Part shown: in pieces, positions 40,252 to 50,810 of the stretch
Layout: every line of letters starts with the position of its first letter
How positions within the stretch are numbered: the first letter of the stretch is position 1
Assembly: GCA_016720835.1 (NCBI GenBank)
Contig: JADKJW010000031.1
Span: 310,625-374,624 of the forward strand
Source: Ignavibacteria bacterium
GTDB lineage: Bacteria; Bacteroidota; Ignavibacteria; SZUA-365
Direction of reading: 5' to 3'
Length of the DNA stretch: 64,000 nucleotides
Notes under the pieces: generated by a model
The model's input: the letters and a program-made list of their open reading frames with translations, nothing else
Told to the model about the DNA's origin: nothing
Database searches by the model: none
Program-made: the position numbers and the translations under genes

Positions 40252-42123
40252 CTACCGCCGCAGGTACACCATCAGGATCGACACGTCCGCCGCGCTCACG
40301 CCGCTTATGCGCGAGGCCTGGCCCACGGAGCGCGGACGCACGGTCTTGAGCTTGCCCCGGCCTTCCGTAGAAAGGGAATTCACGCGGTCGTAGTCGAAGT
40401 CCTCGGGCAGCAGGAGTTGCTCGGCGACGCTGAACTTCCGGATGTCCGCCCGCTGCCGCTCGATGTACCCGGCGTATTTCGCCTCGATCTCCACCTGCTG
40501 CGCGATGACGGGCTCGTCGAGCGCCGCGCGGAACAGCGGATCGTCGCGGAGAGCGTCAAGCGCGAAAAGATCGCTCGCGCAGACTTCGTCGCGGCGCAGG
40601 ACTTTCCCGACGAATTCATGCTGCGTCACAGGCGTCGATGCGCGCGCGGTGAGGAAGGGATTGAGCGCTTCGGGCGACAGCGTGCGCTTGTCGATGACCT
40701 CGAGCAACGCGTTGATGCCCCGCTCGCGCTCGCACATGGCCGCGTATACGGCGTCGGGCAGCAATCCGAAGGCGTGTCCGTAACGCATCAGGCGGCGGTC
40801 GGCATTGTCCTGCCGCAGCAGGAGGCGGTACTCCGCGCGCGACGTGAACATGCGGTACGGCTCGTCGGTGCCCTTGTTCACGAGGTCGTCGATGAGCACG
40901 CCGATGTAGGCCTCCTCGCGGCCGATGACGAACGGCGCGTCGCCCCGCACGAAATGCACGGCGTTGATTCCCGCGACGAGTCCCTGCGCCGCGGCTTCTT
41001 CATACCCGGAGGTGCCGTTGATCTGTCCGGCCAGGAAGAGCCCGCGCACCGTCTTCGTCTCGAGCGACAGCTTCAACTGATGCGGCGGGAAGTAATCGTA
41101 TTCCACAGCGTAACCGGGACGGATCATCTCCACGTCCTGCAATCCCGCGACCGACCGCAATGCGCGCAACTGGATGTCCTCGGGCAGGCTGGACGAGAAA
41201 CCGTTGACGTACACCACGTCGGTGTCCCACCCCTCCGGCTCGAGAAACAGATGATGACTTGCGCGATCGGAGAACCGGACGATTTTGTCTTCTATGCTCG
41301 GACAGTAGCGCGGACCCGCGCCCTGGATGCGGCCGGTGAACATCGGCGAATGCGCGAAGCCCTCGCGCATGATGTCGTGCGTCCGCTCGTTGGTGCGGGT
41401 GATGTGGCAGGGCACCTGCGTGATGTCGGGCACGGGCGACTGGAAGGAGAAGGGGATGGGCGGTTCGTCGCCGGGCGCGAGGACGGTCTGCGACAGATCG
41501 ATGCTCCGCATGGACACGCGCGGCGGCGTGCCGGTTTTCAGGCGTCCCGTCTCGAAGCCGAGGCGGAGCAGCGTCTCGGTGATGCCCGTCGCGTGGGCCT
41601 CTCCGAAGCGGCCGCCTTCGCTGCGGTCGAGCCCCGTGTACATCGCGGCATTCAGGAAGGTGCCCGCGCAGAGGACGAGCGCCCGGCAGGCGATCTCGAC
41701 GCCGCCGTCGGTGGTCAGGCCCCGGACCGCGTCTCCGTCAAGATGCAGCAGGCGGACTGATCCCTGCACGATATCGAGATTCTCCTGCGCTTCGAGTGTG
41801 CGCCGCGCGAGTGCGGAGTAGAGTTCGCGGTCGTTCTGCGTGCGGGGCGACCAGACGGCGGGACCCTTCGAGCGGTTGAGCATCTTGAACTGGATGGCCG
41901 ACGCGTCGGCAAGCTTGGCCATCTCGCCTCCCAGCGCGTCGATTTCGCGCACGAGATGCCCTTTCGCGGTGCCGCCGATGGCCGGGTTGCAGGACATGCG
42001 TCCGATTGCCGCCGCGTCCATCGTGATCAGCGCCGTTGTGCAGCCCATGCGCGCGGCGGCGAGACACGCTTCGATTCCCGCATGTCCGCCTCCGACGACA
42101 GCGATATCGTACACTTCTGCCAT
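40252..42123 (-). CDS. mnmG: tRNA uridine 5-carboxymethylaminomethyl modification enzyme MnmG (GidA)
   Basis: FAD-binding N-terminus ([23 protein letters not shown]) and a full-length, 623-aa GidA architecture. Confidence 0.9.
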   Translation of the reverse strand: MAEVYDIAVVGGGHAGIEACLAAARMGCTTALITMDAAAIGRMSCNPAIGGTAKGHLVREIDALGGEMAKLADASAIQFKMLNRSKGPAVWSPRTQNDRELYSALARRTLEAQENLDIVQGSVRLLHLDGDAVRGLTTDGGVEIACRALVLCAGTFLNAAMYTGLDRSEGGRFGEAHATGITETLLRLGFETGRLKTGTPPRVSMRSIDLSQTVLAPGDEPPIPFSFQSPVPDITQVPCHITRTNERTHDIMREGFAHSPMFTGRIQGAGPRYCPSIEDKIVRFSDRASHHLFLEPEGWDTDVVYVNGFSSSLPEDIQLRALRSVAGLQDVEMIRPGYAVEYDYFPPHQLKLSLETKTVRGLFLAGQINGTSGYEEAAAQGLVAGINAVHFVRGDAPFVIGREEAYIGVLIDDLVNKGTDEPYRMFTSRAEYRLLLRQDNADRRLMRYGHAFGLLPDAVYAAMCERERGINALLEVIDKRTLSPEALNPFLTARASTPVTQHEFVGKVLRRDEVCASDLFALDALRDDPLFRAALDEPVIAQQVEIEAKYAGYIERQRADIRKFSVAEQLLLPEDFDYDRVNSLSTEGRGKLKTVRPRSVGQASRISGVSAADVSILMVYLRR

Positions 42124-42159
42124 GCGCGCTGCCTTTCTCTCCTGTTGGTTCTGCAGAAA

Positions 42160-42181
42160 CAGGGCATGAATTCATGCCCTG
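42160..42181. promoter_or_regulatory. Perfect 9-bp inverted repeat with a 4-nt spacer (cagggcatg-aatt-catgccctg) about 40 nt upstream of the mnmG start
   Basis: Seen directly in the sequence. Possible operator or 5'-UTR structure. Confidence 0.3.
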
Positions 42182-42272
42182 TCCCCTGGTGAAACTTGTG
42201 CGGTGCGGTGTCGTATAGGAGTCGGCTTCAGGCTTTAGGGAGGAAAAAAACGCCTACCGCAACACACCCCAC

Positions 42273-42312
42273 CGCAGTCAGCAATGGCGGGTGCATCTCT
42301 GCTCCCGCCATT
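42273..42312. terminator. Bidirectional-looking rho-independent terminator downstream of the beta-CASP RNase gene
   Basis: The sequence aatggcggg-tgcatctctgct-cccgccatt is flanked by an A-tract on one side and ttttttatt on the other. Confidence 0.45.
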
Positions 42313-42318
42313 TTTTAT

Positions 42319-43719
42319 TCAAAGCGTGAACCGGTCGCCGATTGCCGGCGTGTGCGTGACGCTGAAGCCGAGTTCCTCGCGCACGCCCTGGTCCATTTTC
42401 TTGAGCTGATCCTCATCTCCGTGCACCAGATAGATGTTCTGGAGCCGCGCGCGGTCGAACTGCCCGATCCAGGACAGCAGTTCCGTCCGGTCGGCATGTG
42501 CGCTCAAGCTGTTCATCACCTGCACTTCGGCCTTGACCGTATACTCGTCGCCGAGAATGTTCACCACGGGCTGCTTCTCGACGAGGCGGCGTCCGAGCGT
42601 GTGCTCGGCATTGTATCCGGTGATGAGGATGGTGTTGCGGGGGTTCTCGATGTTGTTGGCGAGGTGATGCAGGATGCGCCCGGCCTCGCACATGCCGGAG
42701 GACGAAATGATCACCATCGGTTGGCGGGAAGCGTTGAGGGCCTTCGAATCTTCCACTGCAGTGATGTAATGCAGCTTCTGGAAGCCGAAGGGATCCTTCC
42801 TCGTCAGCAGATCCTCGCGCACATCCGGGTCCATGCATTCGGGATGGATGCGGAAGATTTCCGTCGCGTTGGCGCTGAGCGGACTGTCCACGTAGATCGG
42901 AATGTCCGGCAGGCGTCCGTGCTTCTGCAGCTGATGCAGATCGTACACGAGCTCCTGCGTGCGACCGACGGAGAAGGCGGGCACGATGACGCGTCCCCCG
43001 CGCGCGGTCGTGCGCTTGAGGATGTCCTCGAGCCGGTCGAGCGCGGTGAGATCGTCGACGTGGAAGCGTCCGCCGTAGGTGCTTTCGGTGATGAGCGCGT
43101 CCACATCGCCGATCAGTTCGGGGTCGCGAAGAATGGGCCGGTTCGGACGCCCGAGGTCGCCGGTGAAGCAGAGGCGGGTGGAACCGCCGCTGCCGCGGAT
43201 ATCGAGCACGACGATCGCCGAGCCCAGGATGTGTCCCGCGTCGTAGAACGTGAGATCCACCGCGGCAGTCACCGGGATGGTCTTCCGGTAGCCGATGGTC
43301 TGAAACAGCTCCAGCGCCGCCATCGCGTCTTCGCTCGTGTACAGGGCTTCGACGGGGGGCAGGCCGCGCTTGGCGTGCTTCTTCGTCATGAACTGCGCGT
43401 CCTTCATCTGGATGTGCGCGCTGTCGAGAAGCATGATGTTCGCGAGATCGCGCGTCGCGTGCGTCGAGTACACCGTGCCCGAGAACCCGTGCTTGACGAG
43501 CATCGGGAGTTTGCCGCTGTGATCGATGTGCGCGTGGGAGAGGATGAGAACATCGATGTCCTTCGGATCGAAGGGGAAGGACTGGTTCTTGATCGCCGAT
43601 TCCTCGCGGCGGCCCTGGAAGAGGCCGCAGTCGAGCATGATGCGCTTGCCGTCCGCTTCGAGCAGGTGACAGGAACCGGTGACGGTATGCGCGGCGCCGT
43701 AAAAGGTCAGTGTGGCCAT
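42319..43719 (-). CDS. MBL-fold metallo-hydrolase of the beta-CASP family (RNA-specific, RNase J-like)
   Basis: HxHxDH motif (LILSHAHIDHSG) plus a C-terminal beta-CASP/RNA-specificity region. 466 aa. Confidence 0.75.
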   Translation of the reverse strand: MATLTFYGAAHTVTGSCHLLEADGKRIMLDCGLFQGRREESAIKNQSFPFDPKDIDVLILSHAHIDHSGKLPMLVKHGFSGTVYSTHATRDLANIMLLDSAHIQMKDAQFMTKKHAKRGLPPVEALYTSEDAMAALELFQTIGYRKTIPVTAAVDLTFYDAGHILGSAIVVLDIRGSGGSTRLCFTGDLGRPNRPILRDPELIGDVDALITESTYGGRFHVDDLTALDRLEDILKRTTARGGRVIVPAFSVGRTQELVYDLHQLQKHGRLPDIPIYVDSPLSANATEIFRIHPECMDPDVREDLLTRKDPFGFQKLHYITAVEDSKALNASRQPMVIISSSGMCEAGRILHHLANNIENPRNTILITGYNAEHTLGRRLVEKQPVVNILGDEYTVKAEVQVMNSLSAHADRTELLSWIGQFDRARLQNIYLVHGDEDQLKKMDQGVREELGFSVTHTPAIGDRFTL

Positions 43720-43788
43720 GAGAGCTCGCCGTTATTGAAGGTGCGGTGGTCTGGCTGCGCCGCGCAACCGTTGCGCGGCAGGGACGGG

Positions 43789-45900
43789 TCAGTACCGGGC
43801 GAGCTGCAGGGTCGTCCGGTACACGTCGTCCGCGTTCACCAGGATTTCTTTTTCGAGATTTTTTGCGAAACCGACAGGGATGTCCTTTGAACCGAGGCGG
43901 AACACCGGGGCGTCGAGATGCTCGAACAGCGCTTCGGAAATGTGCGCCGCGATCTCGCCGCCGAACCCGCCTGTGCGGTTGGCTTCCTGGAGGACCAGGA
44001 CCTTGCCGGTTTTCGTGACGGTGCGCGCGATGGCCTCCTTGTCGTACGGCACGATCGAGCGCAGATCGACGACTTCCACGGAAATGTTCTCCTCCTTCTG
44101 CAGGCGCTCGGCGGCCTGCAGCGCGAAATGCACGGTCGTCCCGTACGTGACGATGCTCACATCGCTGCCTTCGCGGCGCGTGCGGGCGCGTCCGAGCGGC
44201 ACGCACCACGATGGTCCGGGCCGCGGACTCTTCGCCATCGCGTGGTTGTACAGATGCTTCGGTTCGAGATACATGGTGATGCCGCGAGTCCGCATGGCGC
44301 AGCGCAGGAGGCCGGTGGCGTCGTCCGCGAAGGACGGCATGACGATGCGCAGCCCGGGGATGGCCGCGAGCGAGCCCTCGATGCTCTGCGAGTGGTACAG
44401 GCCGCCCTGGATGTAGCCGCCGGAGGCGAGGCGCACGACGATGTTCGGCGCGAACTGGCCCTTCGTGCGCCAGTACTCGTGCGTCGTTTCGACAAGCTGT
44501 TCCATGGCGGGCCAGAAGTAGTCCGCGAATTCCGCGCCCTCCACCACCACCCAGATGTCGTCGCGATAGCGCGAGAAGCCGTTGGCGGTGCCGAGAATGA
44601 AGTCTTCCGCGATGGGCGCGTTGAAAATGCGGTCGTTGCCGAATTCGGGCAGCATGCCCTTCGTGACGTTGAAGATGCCGCCCTTGTCCTTCGAGGCGAC
44701 GTCCTGGCCCCAGAGAAACGTGTTCGGGTTGCGCCGGAATTCTTCCTTCAAGGTCTCGTTGACGGCCTCGCGGAGCGTGAAGACTGTGGCGGCATCGGTG
44801 GTCTGCGACGCGAGACGATCGAGCTGTCCGTTGTCGAGGGGACAGGTATGCGTGTCGTCGGGGAACACGAACTGCAGCGCCGACTCGGGCGCGGGATCGG
44901 GCGCGGCCTCCGCCCGTTCGGCGGCGGCGTCGAGCGCGATCTTGTTTTCCTCCTCGATGCGCGCAACGTCCTCGGCGGGGAGCATGGCGTGCTGTAAAAT
45001 ATACGTGCGGAAACGCTCCAGCGGATCGCGCTGATGGGCTTCCTCGAGCTCCTCGGGTGTGCGGTAGAGTTCCTGCCGGTCGGAGTTGCTGTGCGCGCCG
45101 ATGCGGACGCACTCGGCATGGATCATGACCGGCCCGTTGCCGCTGATCGCGTGATGGGCTGCTTCCTGCATGGTCCGCCAGGAATCGAAGATGTTCGTGC
45201 CGTCGCAGTTGAGCACCAGGAGATTCTTGAAGCCGCGGAAGTTGTCCGCGACGTTCGTGCTCGGACTCTGCTCGTGCACCGGGACGGAAATGCCGTACCC
45301 GTTGTTCTGGATCACGAACAGCACGGGAAGTTTTTCACGGCAGGCGCCGCTGACGGCTTCGTAGAAGTAGCCCTCGGATGTGGCCGACTCGCCGCTGCTG
45401 TAGATGGCGATTTCATCGCCGCCGTAGCGCTTGATCGCGCGGGCGACGCCCACGGCGTGCGGCGCGTGGTTGCCGGTGCAGGACGACACGTTCTGAATGC
45501 GGATGGAGGGTTTCGCGAAGTGGTTGCTCATGTGCCTGCCGCCGCCCGCCACGTCGGTGTCCTTGGACAGGCCATTGAGGATGATCTCTTCGGCGGTGAT
45601 GCCCGCGGCGAGGGCGGTCATCAGATCGCGGTAGTACGGGAAGAGAAAATCCTTGCCGCGGCGGAAGGTAATTCCCATCGCGAGCTGAATGCCTTCGTGG
45701 CCCGCGCACGGCGCGTGGTAGGACCATCCCTTCGAGAGTTTCAGGTAGCGCGCGGCCTTTTCGTCGAGCAGGCGCCCGAGATGCATGAGCTGGTACCAGG
45801 TGCGCAGGGTATTCGGATGGACGTCGAGGTTGGTGAGGTCGGCGAACAAATTCGCGTCGATCGCGTCCGGGCGCGCATCGTGTCCGTCAGGGTTGGCCAT
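43789..45900 (-). CDS. Thiamine-diphosphate-dependent 2-oxoacid dehydrogenase E1 component, with alpha and beta subunits fused
   Basis: The N-terminal half resembles E1-alpha (TPP-binding motif GDG...NN: YSSGESATSEG...VIQNNGYGIS). The C-terminal half resembles E1-beta (transketolase-like Pyr and C-terminal domains). Start MANPDG; the in-frame ORF extends to 45936. Confidence 0.75.
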   Translation of the reverse strand: MANPDGHDARPDAIDANLFADLTNLDVHPNTLRTWYQLMHLGRLLDEKAARYLKLSKGWSYHAPCAGHEGIQLAMGITFRRGKDFLFPYYRDLMTALAAGITAEEIILNGLSKDTDVAGGGRHMSNHFAKPSIRIQNVSSCTGNHAPHAVGVARAIKRYGGDEIAIYSSGESATSEGYFYEAVSGACREKLPVLFVIQNNGYGISVPVHEQSPSTNVADNFRGFKNLLVLNCDGTNIFDSWRTMQEAAHHAISGNGPVMIHAECVRIGAHSNSDRQELYRTPEELEEAHQRDPLERFRTYILQHAMLPAEDVARIEEENKIALDAAAERAEAAPDPAPESALQFVFPDDTHTCPLDNGQLDRLASQTTDAATVFTLREAVNETLKEEFRRNPNTFLWGQDVASKDKGGIFNVTKGMLPEFGNDRIFNAPIAEDFILGTANGFSRYRDDIWVVVEGAEFADYFWPAMEQLVETTHEYWRTKGQFAPNIVVRLASGGYIQGGLYHSQSIEGSLAAIPGLRIVMPSFADDATGLLRCAMRTRGITMYLEPKHLYNHAMAKSPRPGPSWCVPLGRARTRREGSDVSIVTYGTTVHFALQAAERLQKEENISVEVVDLRSIVPYDKEAIARTVTKTGKVLVLQEANRTGGFGGEIAAHISEALFEHLDAPVFRLGSKDIPVGFAKNLEKEILVNADDVYRTTLQLARY

Positions 45901-46197
45901 GGGGGATGTTCTTTCTGGAATGTTCGTGATAAACAATAAAGTTAGGGCTTCACCGAGGCGGAAACAAGCAGGCCGCGGCGGGTCACTCGACTCTGGTAAG
46001 AACAGTAAAACGCCCGGAGTCGTTCACCGGGGGGAGAGGAGCTTCCGTGGATGGATGAGCACTCGCGCCCTTGGAAACATTGGCGATTCTGCCGCTCGCA
46101 GCCAAGAATCCCTTTGCCTTCAAGGTTTTTTTATGTATGTTGACGCGTCATTGGTACCTCACACTACCATTTCCCACCTCACATCAAGGAGTTCATC

Positions 46198-46503
46198 ATG
46201 GCGAAAGAAGCCAAGCCCATGACGAAGAAGCAGATTGTCGACCATCTCGCCGAGAAGCTCGATGTGCCGAAGAAGGTCGCCGACCAGTTCCTCATGGAAT
46301 TTTCGACGCTTGCCTACAAGGAAGCGAAGAAGTCGTTCGTGCTCCCCGGCCTCGGCAAGCTGGTCGTCGTGAACCGCAAGGCGCGTACCGGCCGCAACCC
46401 GGCCACCGGCGAAGCAATCAAGATCCCGGCGAAGAAGACACTGAAATTCCGCATCGCGAAAGCGGCGAAGGACGCAGTGCTCGGCGCAGCCCCGAAAAAA
46501 TAA
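46198..46503 (+). CDS. hup: HU-family nucleoid-associated DNA-binding protein
   Basis: Conserved arm (VNRKARTGRNPATGEAIKIPAKK) with a lysine-rich C-terminal tail. AGGAG RBS. Confidence 0.85.
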   Translation: MAKEAKPMTKKQIVDHLAEKLDVPKKVADQFLMEFSTLAYKEAKKSFVLPGLGKLVVVNRKARTGRNPATGEAIKIPAKKTLKFRIAKAAKDAVLGAAPKK

Positions 46504-46519
46504 GTTCGAGTCCGCTCGC

Positions 46520-46558
46520 ACAAGAAAAAGGTGTTTCACGTCGAAACACCTTTTTCTT
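46520..46558 (+). terminator. Rho-independent terminator of hup
   Basis: The sequence aaaaaggtgtttc-acgtc-gaaacaccttttt is followed by cttttctc. Confidence 0.8.
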
Positions 46559-46765
46559 TTCTCCCCGGTACCTCATCGTTCCTCCCTCCTCGACACCGCT
46601 CTACGCTCCGGAAACAAATTCCCGTCCTCGCGAGTATAACAGGTAGGCGCTTCCTCCCGGCTTTCCTCGCGGGCGCAGCCATGCGTGTTTCTCCCGCATC
46701 TTACATCCGGCAGTCCGCAACTCTCAACTCCCAACTCCCAACGCCACTCCATCTCTCATCCTGCC

Positions 46766-48319
46766 ATGTTCTCAAAAGTGTTCTCCGCCGCCACCTACGG
46801 GATCAACGCATTCGTCATCACCGTCGAGACGCATCTCGAAAACCAGATCCCGGGTTTCGTGGTCGTGGGCTTGCCGGACAACGCCGTCAAGGAGAGCCGC
46901 GAACGGGTGACCGCCGCGATCAAGAATTCCAACTGCGCGTTTCCCGTCAAGCGCATCGTGGTCAACCTCGCGCCCGCGGACGTGCGGAAGGAGGGCTCGG
47001 CGTACGATCTGCCGCTCGCGGTCGGCATCCTGCACGCGACGGGCCTGTTCGGCGACCGCGCGTTCGACGACACGGTGTTCCTCGGCGAACTTGCCCTCGA
47101 CGGCGCGCTGCGTCCCGTGCACGGCGCGCTCTCCATTGCCCTCGCCGCGAAGCAGAAGGGATACACGCGCCTGATCGTCCCGCCCGGCAACGCGCGCGAG
47201 GCCGGCCTCGTGCAGGGCATTGATGTGTTCCCGTGCACGACGCTGCTCGAGGTGATCGATTTCCTCGGCGGCACGCATCCGCATCTCGTGCCGTTCCGCG
47301 TGGACGTCGAGGCCGTGTTCCGCGACGAGCAGGTCAACACGCCGTTCGATTTCTCCGACGTGAAGGGGCAGGAGAATGTCAAGCGCGCGCTGGAAGTGGC
47401 CGCGGCGGGCGGGCACAACATCGTGCTCATCGGTCCGCCCGGCTCGGGCAAGACCATGCTCGCGAAGCGCATCCCGACCATTCTGCCGCCGCTCACCTTC
47501 GACGAATCGCTCGAGACGACGAAGATCCATTCCGTGGCGGGCGTGCTGCCCGCGGGCGCGGCGCTCGTCGCATCCCGCCCCTTCCGCGCGCCGCATCACA
47601 CCATCAGCGACGCGGCGCTCGTGGGCGGGGGAGTGGGGTACGCGCGCCCCGGCGAGATCAGCCTCTCGCACAACGGCGTGCTCTTCCTCGACGAGCTGCC
47701 GGAGTTCGCGCGCAACGTCCTGGAAGTGCTGCGCCAGCCGCTGGAGGACGGCACGGTCACGATCGCCCGCTCGAAGCTCTCGATCGAGTACCCCGCCAAC
47801 TTCATGCTCGTCGCCGCGATGAACCCGTGCCCCTGCGGGCAGTTCGGCAATCCGCTGCGCGAGTGCTCCTGCGCGCCGATGCAGATCCAGAAATACCTCG
47901 CAAAGATTTCGGGCCCGCTGCTCGACCGCATCGACATCCACGTCGAGTGCCCGCAGGTGCGCTACCAGGACCTGAGCAGCGATCGCGTCGGCGAACGCTC
48001 GGATGGCATCCGCGCCCGCGTGGTGCGCGCGCGCGAACGGCAGACCCTCCGCTTCGCGGGACGGCGCGGCGTGCACGCCAACGCCGACATGCAGAGCCGC
48101 GACATCCGCCGCACCTGCGCCATCGACGCGGCCGGACAGGAACTGCTGAAAAGCGCCATCGCCAAGCTCGGCCTCAGCGCGCGCGCCTACGACCGCATCC
48201 TCAAAGTCAGCCGCACCATCGCGGACCTCGGCGGCGCCGAATCGATTCGCAGCGAGCACCTCTCCGAGGCCATTCAATACCGCAGCCTCGACCGGCAGAT
48301 GTGGAATCCGGGAGGATGA
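46766..48319 (+). CDS. YifB/ComM-family Mg-chelatase-like AAA+ ATPase
   Basis: N-terminal Lon-protease-like domain, Walker A (GPPGSGKT), sensor motifs and a C-terminal ChlI-type domain. ATG at 46766; the in-frame ORF starts at 46685. Confidence 0.8.
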   Translation: MFSKVFSAATYGINAFVITVETHLENQIPGFVVVGLPDNAVKESRERVTAAIKNSNCAFPVKRIVVNLAPADVRKEGSAYDLPLAVGILHATGLFGDRAFDDTVFLGELALDGALRPVHGALSIALAAKQKGYTRLIVPPGNAREAGLVQGIDVFPCTTLLEVIDFLGGTHPHLVPFRVDVEAVFRDEQVNTPFDFSDVKGQENVKRALEVAAAGGHNIVLIGPPGSGKTMLAKRIPTILPPLTFDESLETTKIHSVAGVLPAGAALVASRPFRAPHHTISDAALVGGGVGYARPGEISLSHNGVLFLDELPEFARNVLEVLRQPLEDGTVTIARSKLSIEYPANFMLVAAMNPCPCGQFGNPLRECSCAPMQIQKYLAKISGPLLDRIDIHVECPQVRYQDLSSDRVGERSDGIRARVVRARERQTLRFAGRRGVHANADMQSRDIRRTCAIDAAGQELLKSAIAKLGLSARAYDRILKVSRTIADLGGAESIRSEHLSEAIQYRSLDRQMWNPGG

Positions 48320-48359
48320 GGAAGTGGCGCGTCGGTTCGCAGGGAAGGCGGGAAAAATC

Positions 48360-49442
48360 ATGCTGATCGTCCTGTCCGTCATCTGTGCCGTGATACTCGT
48401 GCTCCTTGGCGTGCTGCTGCTGTGGAGTCCGGGCGATCCGCGACCGTTCCTGACCGCCAATGGAGCGACCCTGAAAGGGAGCATTTCCGAAAAGCATTTC
48501 ATCACCATCAACGGTGTCGAGCAGGGGATGTTCATCAAGAGCCGGGATGCGGGGAATCCCGTCCTGCTCTATCTGCACGGCGGCATGCCCGACTACTTCC
48601 TGACGGAACGGTACCCGACCGGTCTCGACGAGTATTTCACCGTGGTCTGGTGGGAACAGCGCGGATCGGGACTCTCGTACCGTTCCGATGTTCCGCCCGA
48701 ATCGGTGAATGCGGAACAGCTGATCTCGGATGCGATCGCGCTGACGCGGTATCTCCGCTCACGCTTCGGGCGAGAGAGGATCTACCTGATGGGGCATTCG
48801 GGCGGGACCTTCATCGGCATACAGGCGGCTGCGCGGTGTCCGGAATTGTTCGAGGCGTACATCGGCGTGGCGCAGATGGCCCACCAGCTCCGATCGGAGC
48901 AGCTCGCGCACGAGTACATGCTCGGGCGATTCACGGCGGAGGGGAATGAGAGCATGGCGCGCAGACTCGCGGAAGCGCCGGTCGGCGACACGGTCCCTTT
49001 GCCGGATGCGTATCTCTCCGTGCGCGACGTGGCCATGCACCGCCTCGGCATCGGCACCATGCGCGACATGCGCTCGATCGTCAGGGGACTGTTCCTCCCG
49101 TCGCTGCAATTCCGCGAGTACACGCTGGGCGAAAAGATCAACCTGTGGCGCGGCAAGATCTTCTCCGGCAACCGACTGTGGAACACCCAGCTCGCCACCG
49201 ATCTGACGAAGCGCGTGACGCGTCTCGAAATCCCCGTCTATTTCCTGCACGGCGTGCATGATTACACCGTTTCATACACGGAAGCGCGCTCGTACTTCGC
49301 GAAGCTCGAGGCCCCGGTGAAAGGCTTCTACTCCTTCGCGCGGTCCGCGCACAGTCCCCTGTTCGAGGAACCGGAGACAATGCGCGCAATCATGCTGCAG
49401 GACGTGCTGCAGGGACGGAACGATCTCGCGGATCGGCCGTAG
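48360..49442 (+). CDS. Alpha/beta-hydrolase fold protein (prolyl aminopeptidase/epoxide hydrolase-like) with an N-terminal membrane anchor
   Basis: Nucleophile elbow (GHSGG), the HGG oxyanion motif (LYLHGGMPD) and an N-terminal TM (MLIVLSVICAVILVLLGVLLL). A GTG at 48324 is also in frame. Confidence 0.7.
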   Translation: MLIVLSVICAVILVLLGVLLLWSPGDPRPFLTANGATLKGSISEKHFITINGVEQGMFIKSRDAGNPVLLYLHGGMPDYFLTERYPTGLDEYFTVVWWEQRGSGLSYRSDVPPESVNAEQLISDAIALTRYLRSRFGRERIYLMGHSGGTFIGIQAAARCPELFEAYIGVAQMAHQLRSEQLAHEYMLGRFTAEGNESMARRLAEAPVGDTVPLPDAYLSVRDVAMHRLGIGTMRDMRSIVRGLFLPSLQFREYTLGEKINLWRGKIFSGNRLWNTQLATDLTKRVTRLEIPVYFLHGVHDYTVSYTEARSYFAKLEAPVKGFYSFARSAHSPLFEEPETMRAIMLQDVLQGRNDLADRP

Positions 49443-49528
49443 CGACGTTCGCGAAACGTGACCGACGCCGCAGGACGCGTCATTCGGCGCAGGCGCAGTA
49501 CCCGGCTCGCCTACTTGCGACGGGCACG

Positions 49529-50105
49529 CTATGTCGTCGGAGCGCTTCTCCGCTCCCGCCACACCGCCCAGAGGAAGCGAGGGATCCCGAGCAGGTAGCG
49601 CCTCCACAGGCGCCCCGGTTCGAGGAGCAGCCGGTGCAGCCACTCGAGACCGATCGCGCGTCGCTGCGGCACGGTCGTCCACCGGGTCCCGCCCGTGGCG
49701 CGCATGCACATGTCCGGTGCCGAAAAACTCCGCCTCGACGTTGTGCAACAGGATGCGCGCGGTTTCGTCGTCGCCTCCGAGGAAGTAGTAGCGCACGGCG
49801 CCGGGCGGCATGCGCTCGAGGAGATGCGCGTAGAGATCGGTGCCGTTCACGCGCGCGGCGCGGATTCCGGTGAGGGCGCGGATCGCCAGCGCGACGCCCG
49901 CTCCGTCCGCGTGATTGATCTGGCACGCGTTCAGGAAATCAACCAGCCATGGTTCCTCCCGCGCCTGGAGCAGCGTCCAGAAATGCGGCGGCGTGATGAT
50001 GAGGCGCCGGCGCGACACCATGGATGCCGCGATCGCCTCCAGGATCTCGTCGCGACCCGCGAGGTCGATGCGGATGCCGAGGACCGTGACCGGGCGAGGG
50101 CTCAT
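49529..50105 (-). pseudogene. WecB/TagA/CpsF-family glycosyltransferase, apparently frameshifted or internally deleted
   Basis: The N-terminal 150 aa align with the WecG/TagA family (VTVLGIRIDLAGRDEILEAI...YYFLGGDDETARILLHNVEAEFFGTGHVHA). The family-typical C-terminus (AIGLEWLHRLLLEPGRLWRRYLLGIPRFLW) is in another frame (ORF 49529-49711). The total is about 190 aa against roughly 240 expected. Confidence 0.5.
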
Positions 50106-50192
50106 GGGATTACGGTGTGGGTCGGGAAAAGGAAAAGCGGCGAGAGACACGCTGTCGCCGCTTCCTGAAAATCATCGCCGCGCCCGTTGCGG

Positions 50193-50717
50193 TCAGCTCT
50201 TGGCGTCGTCCGTCGCCTCGCCCTCGCTTTCGTCCTCGTCGCCGCCGAAGCTGCCGAGGAGGAGGGACATGAGCATGACGCGGTTCTTGTCCTCGTCGGC
50301 GAGGAACGCGCCGTCGTACTGCAGCTGCGCGTGCTCCTTCGACATCGGGCGCCACGAGACCTCGTTGTCCTCCGTGAAGGGCGCCGCGTTCAGCGTGTAG
50401 CCGAGTTCCGTGAGCTTTGCGGCGACGCGATCCTTCAAGGGCGCGTTGTCCTCCAGCCACAGTTCCAGCAGCCGGTGCGCGAGGGCGGGAGTGATGCTGG
50501 CCTCGTCCGACAGCACCGGCACGATCATGACGTTTGGCGCGAGGCCGAGATGCCGGAAGCCCTTCAGCTGGTGCTTCCCGGAGGTCAGGCGGCAGACGGA
50601 GGCCTTGTCCTTCTCGAGTGCCGGCCGGATCAGGGAGTAGCGGAATTCGCGATCGTCCATCAGCGCGAAGACGGCATTGGCGGGATGCGTATACAGTTCT
50701 TGCTCTTCAGTTTCCAT
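50193..50717 (-). CDS. Hypothetical acidic cytoplasmic protein
   Basis: 174-aa ORF with coding-like codon usage and an acidic C-terminal tail (GGDEDESEGEATDDAKS). No domain recognised. Confidence 0.45.
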   Translation of the reverse strand: METEEQELYTHPANAVFALMDDREFRYSLIRPALEKDKASVCRLTSGKHQLKGFRHLGLAPNVMIVPVLSDEASITPALAHRLLELWLEDNAPLKDRVAAKLTELGYTLNAAPFTEDNEVSWRPMSKEHAQLQYDGAFLADEDKNRVMLMSLLLGSFGGDEDESEGEATDDAKS

Positions 50718-50810
50718 GAATCAATTCTATCCGTGTGTGAGTGTCAGAACGAATGATACGGAAAAATGCCGTCGCGATGAAGTGGAGCGCGCGGGGCCGA
50801 TCGTCCCCCG

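Noticed and set aside
46504-46520. GTTCGAGTCC, a T-psi-C-loop-like motif after hup, considered as a tRNA
   Set aside because: There is no upstream acceptor, D or anticodon arm; the preceding sequence is the HU coding region. The motif is part of the terminator context.
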